A stretch of DNA of 64,000 nucleotides from an uncultured Candidatus Saccharibacteria bacterium (GTDB lineage Bacteria; Patescibacteriota; Minisyncoccia; SW-4-49-11), in contig CAZWIJ010000001.1 of the NCBI GenBank assembly GCA_964633865.1, forward strand, positions 66,352 to 130,351, given 5' to 3'. Below are positions 57,925 to 64,000 of the stretch, piece after piece; position 1 is the first letter of the stretch, and every line of letters starts with the position of its first letter. The notes beneath the pieces are model-generated. The model was given only the letters and a program-made list of their open reading frames with translations. It was not told where the DNA came from and did no database searches. The position numbers were made by a program, and so were the translations under genes.

Positions 57925-58716
57925 TTAATTAAGGTTTTTCTTTACATTCTTATCTCTAGTTTCAATCACAAAATTATAAACCCCACTAATAACAGTTAAA
58001 GTTAAAATAACAAACAAACCTACAATCATCGTTGGTAAAAATACCCCTTCCCTTCCTCTATCAATATATATCGGTAGGTTGAAAAAAATATGTGTAGCTA
58101 AAAATGATGCCGAAATATAAGAGATAAAATAATCATTTATTGATAGTGACTTAGAATATAATTTAACTCTTTCTACTAAAGTTACAGTGTATATCATAAA
58201 TACAGCTAAAATAGCTAGTATAAATATCACAAACATTATAAATGTTGGGTCATTGCTAATATTATTTTGTATTAAACCTTCAGGATTATTAACTCTATGA
58301 TAAAAAATCTTTAAAGCTTCCATATCAAACACTATCAATATAAAATAGCTAGAAATTATTAAGGTTATATTTTGCATTAAAGTTAACTTGGATGATGGAT
58401 TTTTTAATAAAGAAAAATCATCTGAAGGAAGAAATTTTGAAAATGTAGGAAAATATTTAGATGGTTCTTTTTTTGTGGGTTGACCCTGCTCTCTTAATTC
58501 TATATTAGTCTGTCTTGTGTATACAATAAGCATAATAATTCCTACTGTTAATATAACTCCTGTCAATATCATCTCAACATCTTTAATTGGAGTTAAATAA
58601 TATACAATAAAAATAAGTAAAGATATTATTACATATATTATTCCAATATTTACAATTAATTTTCTTTTTTGTAAAGAATCATTTATTTTAATGTCTTCAT
58701 TAGTTATTTTATTCAT
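57925..58716 (-). CDS. Polytopic (about 6 TM) hypothetical membrane protein
   Basis: Hydrophobic segments; no recognised motif. Confidence 0.7.
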   Translation of the reverse strand: MNKITNEDIKINDSLQKRKLIVNIGIIYVIISLLIFIVYYLTPIKDVEMILTGVILTVGIIMLIVYTRQTNIELREQGQPTKKEPSKYFPTFSKFLPSDDFSLLKNPSSKLTLMQNITLIISSYFILIVFDMEALKIFYHRVNNPEGLIQNNISNDPTFIMFVIFILAILAVFMIYTVTLVERVKLYSKSLSINDYFISYISASFLATHIFFNLPIYIDRGREGVFLPTMIVGLFVILTLTVISGVYNFVIETRDKNVKKNLN

Positions 58717-58896
58717 ATAATTTTATTATTTGATAATTTATTTAATAATTAGTTTAAAACATTTTATATTGTTTCAATAATAATATTATATCATATTATT
58801 GAAATGTCATACATAATATTTTTAGAATTACTAGATTTTTGTTTATGATTATAGTACAATTATTAAATATCCTTATTAAATTTAATCAACCAAAAC

Positions 58897-59628
58897 ATGA
58901 CATACGGTATATTATTTGCTGGAGGTAAGGGATCTAGACTAAGTCCTATCACAGACTCTATTCCAAAACCATTAGTTAAAATAAAAAACAAAACTTTATT
59001 AGAAAGAAATCTAGATAATATCTATGATATTGTGGATGAATATATTATTGTAATATCTTATCTTGGAGAAAAGATTATAAATAGTATCGGAGATTTTTAT
59101 AAAGAAAAACCTGTAACATTTGTTTTTCAAAAAAATCCCAAAGGAGGAACTCTAGATGCTCTTAGATCTGGATTATCTAAGGTGGAAAGTGGTGATCATA
59201 ATTTTTTAGTTATGAATAGCGATGATATTCATGGTCAATATCTATTTGAAAATATGCTAACTCACATAAAAAATACACCTAATAGTCCAGCGATAGGAGC
59301 TCATATATATCCTATCAAAGAAAGATTAAATCAGTTTGGGATAGTAAAAAAAACTATTGAAAACTTATTTGATGGATTGATAGAAAAGCCTCAAGAATAT
59401 GTCTCAGATTTAGTAAATATTGGAGTTTATTACTTACCTAGCTTTATTCTTTCATTAATAGATCCATATAAAGAAAATTTATCTGATAAAGAAGAGTATA
59501 TTACAGATTTTATAAATTTGATAAATGAAACCCATAATATAAATGTAATAGAATCTCCTGATATATGGATACCGATATCTTATCCAAAAGATATTGATGA
59601 TGCTAATAAAAACGAGAATATAATTTAA
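58897..59628 (+). CDS. Sugar-phosphate nucleotidyltransferase (NTP_transferase)
   Basis: AGGKGSRLSPITDSIPKPL, IEKP, VNIGVY. Confidence 0.9.
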   Translation: MTYGILFAGGKGSRLSPITDSIPKPLVKIKNKTLLERNLDNIYDIVDEYIIVISYLGEKIINSIGDFYKEKPVTFVFQKNPKGGTLDALRSGLSKVESGDHNFLVMNSDDIHGQYLFENMLTHIKNTPNSPAIGAHIYPIKERLNQFGIVKKTIENLFDGLIEKPQEYVSDLVNIGVYYLPSFILSLIDPYKENLSDKEEYITDFINLINETHNINVIESPDIWIPISYPKDIDDANKNENII

Positions 59629-59633
59629 TAGTC

Positions 59634-60347
59634 ATGAAATATAGAGTAATTACAAAAGCTGATATAGGTAAAGCTGACTATGGATGGCTAAAACCAAATT
59701 ATTACTTTAGCTTTGCGAATTATTATAATCCAGATAGAATGGGATTTGGTAAATTAAGAGTACTCAACAATGATTGGATTGCTCCATCAAGTGGATTTTC
59801 TCCCCATTCTCATCAAAATATGGAAATTGTAACTATTGTCTTTGAAGGAACTTTAACCCACAAAGATAGTCTTGGAAGCATTGGTCATATAAAAAATGGT
59901 ACTATTCAAATAATGTCAGCTGGATCAGGTATTACTCATTCAGAATATAATGATAGTGATAAAGAAGCTGTTACACTATTTCAAATTTGGATTGAACCCA
60001 ATAGACATAATATTAACCCTCGTTATGAGGAAAAATCTTTTGATACAACAAAGAAAAATGAAGTAATCCCTCTTATCACTCCTGATAATAATGACTTTTC
60101 TTTAAAAATTTATCAAGAAGTTTATATATCTTTAATAAATTTAGAAAATTCTGAAATAAACTACAATTTAAATAATTCTAAAAACGGATTATTCATAATA
60201 CCTTTTCAAAATAATATTACAATTTCTGATATTAATGTCATTCTAGAAGAAAAAGAAGCCATTGAAATAATTGATATAAAAGAAAAAAGTATCAATATTG
60301 GATCTGATACTTTATCCTCTTTAATTGTTATTGAAACTACTCTTTAA
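59634..60347 (+). CDS. Pirin family protein (YhhW-like)
   Basis: FSFANYY, FGKLRVLN, HSHQNMEI, HKDSLG, MSAGSGITHSE, QIW. Confidence 0.95.
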   Translation: MKYRVITKADIGKADYGWLKPNYYFSFANYYNPDRMGFGKLRVLNNDWIAPSSGFSPHSHQNMEIVTIVFEGTLTHKDSLGSIGHIKNGTIQIMSAGSGITHSEYNDSDKEAVTLFQIWIEPNRHNINPRYEEKSFDTTKKNEVIPLITPDNNDFSLKIYQEVYISLINLENSEINYNLNNSKNGLFIIPFQNNITISDINVILEEKEAIEIIDIKEKSINIGSDTLSSLIVIETTL

Positions 60348-60358
60348 ATCAAACTTTA

Positions 60359-60748
60359 TTATTTTTTTGTAAGTAAATCTCTAATTTCCTTTAATACGAG
60401 TAATTCTTGATTGATCTCTTTCTTTTTAACTTGAGATTCTTTTTTATCATACTTATTTATTTGCTTAATAATAATGAATATTACCCAACTAACAATGAGA
60501 AAGTCTATTACAGTGTTCAAAAAAATACCATAATTAATAGAAATTGAAGCTATGTATCCTGAACTTTCTTTTATAACCAATTTCAAATTAGAAAAATCTA
60601 CTCCTCCAAGTAAGTATCCTATTGGTGGCATTATAATATCATTTACCAAAGATGTAACTATTTTACCAAAAGCTCCACCAATTATAACTCCGATTGCAAG
60701 ATCTGTAACATTTCCTTTAATGGCAAATTCCTTAAATTCTTTAAACAT
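60359..60748 (-). CDS. mscL: Large-conductance mechanosensitive channel
   Basis: [35 protein letters not shown]. Confidence 0.97.
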   Translation of the reverse strand: MFKEFKEFAIKGNVTDLAIGVIIGGAFGKIVTSLVNDIIMPPIGYLLGGVDFSNLKLVIKESSGYIASISINYGIFLNTVIDFLIVSWVIFIIIKQINKYDKKESQVKKKEINQELLVLKEIRDLLTKK

Positions 60749-60843
60749 AATATTGATAATTTAAATGTATATATCTATATTGTATCCTATATTTAATATT
60801 TTTTATATAAAAATAAATTAACTTATAAATATTATTTAAAAAT

Positions 60844-60878
60844 AAAAAACTCACTCTGAATAGTTCAGAATAAGTTTA
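60844..60878 (-). terminator. Terminator after the 54-aa ORF
   Basis: TCTGAA-tag-TTCAGA core stem with outer AAACT/AGTTT pairing and an A-run on +. Confidence 0.55.
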
Positions 60879-60904
60879 AACTTAAAATTTAGTTACTTTA
60901 GATA

Positions 60905-61069
60905 TTAGTTCTTAGTTGGAATCATTCTACCATTAATATATCTATATAGTCCAAAAATACAAGGTTGTGCATATAGACCTGAACCTATATGTATGTACTT
61001 TTGCCCATCTACTAATAAAAATTTATTAGTATTAGATTCGACTTCATTTTCTTTTTCTGTTTGGTACAT
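60905..61069 (-). CDS. 54-aa orphan protein (not in the ORF track)
   Basis: MYQTEKENEVESNTNKFLLVDGQKYIHIGSGLYAQPCIFGLYRYINGRMIPTKN*; upstream TTGACA-N17-TATTAT (~61129-61101) and downstream hairpin. Confidence 0.6.
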   Translation of the reverse strand: MYQTEKENEVESNTNKFLLVDGQKYIHIGSGLYAQPCIFGLYRYINGRMIPTKN

Positions 61070-61147
61070 AATTTTTCTAAACGAACTATCTACACTATAT
61101 ATAATACAAATTTATTAGAGTTTTGTCAATTATAATAATCAATTTTA

Positions 61148-62305
61148 TTATGAGGTTATTTTTTCAAATACTTCTAAAAACTTATCTACTTCTTGTCTTG
61201 TATTATAAATAGATAGGGATATCCTAATACAAGAATTTGCCCTTTCTTGACTTTTAGTAATCTGATATACCGTCTCTGACATCTCTATACTACCGCTATG
61301 ACAAGCAGATCCAGCAGAGATTGCTATTCCTGCCAAATCAAATGCAATTACCAACTCTTCTGAAGTCATTCCTTCTATAGAAATATTAATTGTATTATAA
61401 TCTATAAATTCAATCTCACCATTCAGCTTAACTTTAGTATGGTTTAGTAATTTATTTAGAAGATAATCTCTTAATGATTTTATTTCTTCTAGTTTAATTC
61501 TATATTCTTCTTCACTAAGAATATCAAAAGCTACTTTCATTCCATAGATTAACTCTGGGCTAATTGTTCCAGCTCTCATAGAATATTCTTGACCTCCACC
61601 AAAATTTAGAGCTTGAATTAAAGTTTTTTCTTTTATAAACAAAGCTCCAACACCTTTCGGACCATAGATTTTATGACCTGAAATAGAATATAAATCTACA
61701 TTTAAATAATTCAAATTTAATTTAATATGACCAACTGCTTGAGCTCCATCTGAATGAAAGTAAGGGTATTTAGAATTATTTTCTTGTCTATATTTTTTAA
61801 TAATTTTTCCTATTTCTTTGATCGGTTGAATTGTTCCAATTTCATTATTGATATGCATTACACTAACCAAAATAGTATTTTTTGTAATTAAATTTTGTAC
61901 TTCTAAAGGATCTACTACCCCATTCTCTCCAATAGATAATATATTTATTTTTAATTTATCTTTAAATTCTGAACCTAATTCATAAATAGTATTTAATACC
62001 GAAGAATGTTCAATTGGGGACACTATAATCTCAGCATAATTATTATATTTAAAATAATTTCTAACAACTCCTTGTATAGCAATATTATTAGATTCAGTTG
62101 CTCCAGAAGTAAAAATTATTTCATTAAACTTAACTCCTAAATAATCTGAGATTTTTTTCCTGGCAATATCTACATAACCAATTGCATTTTGTCCTAGATA
62201 ATGTGTGCTATGAGGATTTGAGAGTTGGTTTTTATATAAATCAAAAATAGATTCAGCAACTTTAGGATGAATTAAAGTACTAGCTTTAGAATCAAAATAT
62301 ATCAT
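61148..62305 (-). CDS. iscS: Cysteine desulfurase (IscS/NifS type)
   Basis: FTSGATESNN, NNEIG, HSDGAQ, SGHKIYGPKG, SAGSACHSG. Confidence 0.93.
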   Translation of the reverse strand: MIYFDSKASTLIHPKVAESIFDLYKNQLSNPHSTHYLGQNAIGYVDIARKKISDYLGVKFNEIIFTSGATESNNIAIQGVVRNYFKYNNYAEIIVSPIEHSSVLNTIYELGSEFKDKLKINILSIGENGVVDPLEVQNLITKNTILVSVMHINNEIGTIQPIKEIGKIIKKYRQENNSKYPYFHSDGAQAVGHIKLNLNYLNVDLYSISGHKIYGPKGVGALFIKEKTLIQALNFGGGQEYSMRAGTISPELIYGMKVAFDILSEEEYRIKLEEIKSLRDYLLNKLLNHTKVKLNGEIEFIDYNTINISIEGMTSEELVIAFDLAGIAISAGSACHSGSIEMSETVYQITKSQERANSCIRISLSIYNTRQEVDKFLEVFEKITS

Positions 62306-62315
62306 TAGCTTAAAG

Positions 62316-63584
62316 TTATACTTTCATTAATTTTAAGAAATTTTCTTGATCTTTCTGTTTGAAATTCCCAATCAAAGCTAAGTTTAATTTATCTTCTAAA
62401 CAATATTTGTTCATGAAATCTTGAATATCTTGCTTTTTAATTTTATCAAACTCTGCTAACTCTTTTTCCACATCGAAAGGCTCTTTCAATTGAAGTTCGT
62501 GCATAGCTACAGCTTCTGCTATATTATCACTTGATTCTAGTCCCATAACCATGTGAGCTTTGATATTTTCTTTAGCAATTTTTAATTCTTTTTCAGTTAT
62601 TCCTGTTAGTTTTATTTTAGCAAATTCTTTACTAATTATTTTAACTGCTTCTAAAACTTTATCATTTCTAATTCCAGCATTCACAGCAAGATAACCAGCA
62701 TCATCAAAATGATCACTTGAGGCTCTGACATAATAGGCTAAACCTCTTTTTTCTCTAATCTCTGTAAAAAGTCTTGAGCTCATATACCCTCCTAGTATTG
62801 TAGAGATCAGATAAGCTTTATATTTTTCTTCTGAGTGAACATCTACTGTTCTAAATCCATACATAATGTGACATTGGTCTGTCTTTTTGTAATCAATAAA
62901 GACTTTTGCTGAATCTTGTATCTCTTTGATAGATTCTCTTTCTGGGACTTGATTTACTCTGATATTTTTAAATTTCTCTTCTACCAAATCTAATGTTTGG
63001 GAATTTACATCTCCAGCTACAACTATATAAGTATTTCCCGCCACATATTTTTGATTAAAATATTGATCAAAGTCAGGTTTTCTAAAATTCATTATATGAT
63101 CTTTTGTACCAATTATTTCTCTTCCTAAAGGAGTATCTCCATAAAGTAAAGTTTGGAATTTATCATGAATTGATCTCATTGGTAAATCCAAATACATATT
63201 CAACTCTTCCACAATTGCTCCTCTTTCTACCAAAATATCTTTTTCTGCTAATAATGAGTTTTGGAATATATCTGATATTACATCAAGAGCTATATTTTTT
63301 TGAGTATTCCTTACTTTGACCCAATAACCTGTATATTCATACCCTGTAAAAGCATTATATGAAGCTCCAAGAGCATCTAATTCTGTAGCTACAATTTTGG
63401 CTGATGGTCTCTTTTTTGTTCCTTTAAACATCATATGTTCCAAGAAATGTGACAATCCTCTTTCTTTTTCTGATTCGTATCTTGATCCAACTCCTACCAA
63501 AACTAATAGTGTGGTTGTTTGTGAGTTTTTAATTGGATAACCTATTATTGATAAACCGTTATCTAAGACTCTTTTTTTATACAT
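62316..63584 (-). CDS. M16 (pitrilysin) family zinc peptidase
   Basis: VGSRYE, SHFLEHMMFKGT, NAFT, SSRLFTEIREKRGLAY. Confidence 0.95.
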   Translation of the reverse strand: MYKKRVLDNGLSIIGYPIKNSQTTTLLVLVGVGSRYESEKERGLSHFLEHMMFKGTKKRPSAKIVATELDALGASYNAFTGYEYTGYWVKVRNTQKNIALDVISDIFQNSLLAEKDILVERGAIVEELNMYLDLPMRSIHDKFQTLLYGDTPLGREIIGTKDHIMNFRKPDFDQYFNQKYVAGNTYIVVAGDVNSQTLDLVEEKFKNIRVNQVPERESIKEIQDSAKVFIDYKKTDQCHIMYGFRTVDVHSEEKYKAYLISTILGGYMSSRLFTEIREKRGLAYYVRASSDHFDDAGYLAVNAGIRNDKVLEAVKIISKEFAKIKLTGITEKELKIAKENIKAHMVMGLESSDNIAEAVAMHELQLKEPFDVEKELAEFDKIKKQDIQDFMNKYCLEDKLNLALIGNFKQKDQENFLKLMKV

Positions 63585-63712
63585 TGTTGTTTGCTTAATT
63601 ATAATTAATATTATTATAGCTTAAATATTCCTTTTTTACAAATAATAAACTATTATCTTTACTATATATTAAATTTAGATTATAATATTTTTATATTTAT
63701 AAAATAAAACAT

Positions 63713-64000
63713 ATGATCTGGTTCTTTATTTTTCTACTAACACTTATAATTCTAGCTATAACAGCTCTGTTATACCATAATTTACTCAATATCTCTTCTC
63801 CACCTTATGTTCCAACCATAAACAAAAAAGTAAAGAAAATAATTATCCGAGAATTAAAGAATTCTAATATTTCTACTTTTTATGAACTTGGATGTGGTAC
63901 AGCTGAAATATCTTTTTTTGTCAAAAAAAATTTCCCTAAAATAAAAGTAATTGCAATAGAGCATGATATATTTATCTATTTAATAATAAGATTAAAAGGT
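63713..64000 (+). CDS. SAM-dependent methyltransferase with N-terminal TM, 5' fragment at window edge
   Basis: MIWFFIFLLTLIILAITALLY...PPYVPT...FYELGCGTAEI...VIAIEHD; frame open to the window end. Confidence 0.75.
   Translation, partial: MIWFFIFLLTLIILAITALLYHNLLNISSPPYVPTINKKVKKIIIRELKNSNISTFYELGCGTAEISFFVKKNFPKIKVIAIEHDIFIYLIIRLKG

Noticed and set aside
231-63319. Short antisense or overlapping ORFs in the track (e.g. 231..443, 1842..2048, 15658..15978, 18362..19546 set, 35629..36063, 43858..44100, 46324..47163 set, 63104..63319)
   Set aside because: They shadow well-supported genes or regulatory regions and show no recognisable motifs
1-64000. Alternative genetic code (UGA=Gly as in Gracilibacteria/SR1, or TAA/TAG reassignment) to explain the in-frame stops
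   Set aside because: Conserved genes read through intact in code 11; TAA and TAG end most genes; TGA serves as a stop in ATGA overlaps (30854, 50934); the two internal stops are different codons

Overview
Very AT-rich bacterial chromosome segment in the standard genetic code. Gene content and style suggest Patescibacteria/CPR (inference): TrbC/VirB2-like pilins, monoderm LCP genes, coiled-coil peptidoglycan hydrolases, rplJL detached from rplKA/rpoBC, and few Shine-Dalgarno sites. Most genes are housekeeping: cell wall (murC, murG, mraY, uppS, uppP, mltG, LCPs, glycosyltransferases), glycolysis (fba, gpmA, tpiA), translation (pth, miaA, tsaD, gltX, rplJ/rplL/rpmF, tRNA-Trp, tRNA-Gln) and repair. 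About 50 of about 60 genes right of 9 kb lie on the minus strand. Highlights: (1) a 342-bp, ~96% identical pilin cassette present twice, 14.5 kb apart, fused to three different peptidoglycan-hydrolase domains, one copy inside a cluster of surface/lytic genes; (2) a palindromic 11-6-11 dif-like site overlapping the promoter of a lone Xer-type recombinase; (3) a gene with eleven 60-bp LRR-like units with hypervariable positions, a perfect promoter and a terminator, yet an in-frame TAG and a G6-tract frameshift; (4) tandem archaeal-type HPS-like paralogues with shared motif changes; (5) a 7TM plus ATP-grasp/aspartyl-protease fusion module; (6) a HEAT-repeat-XseA fusion; (7) murC split by a single in-frame TAA; (8) small genes missed by the ORF track, including rpmF. 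All calls come from manual motif reading; no database searches were run.
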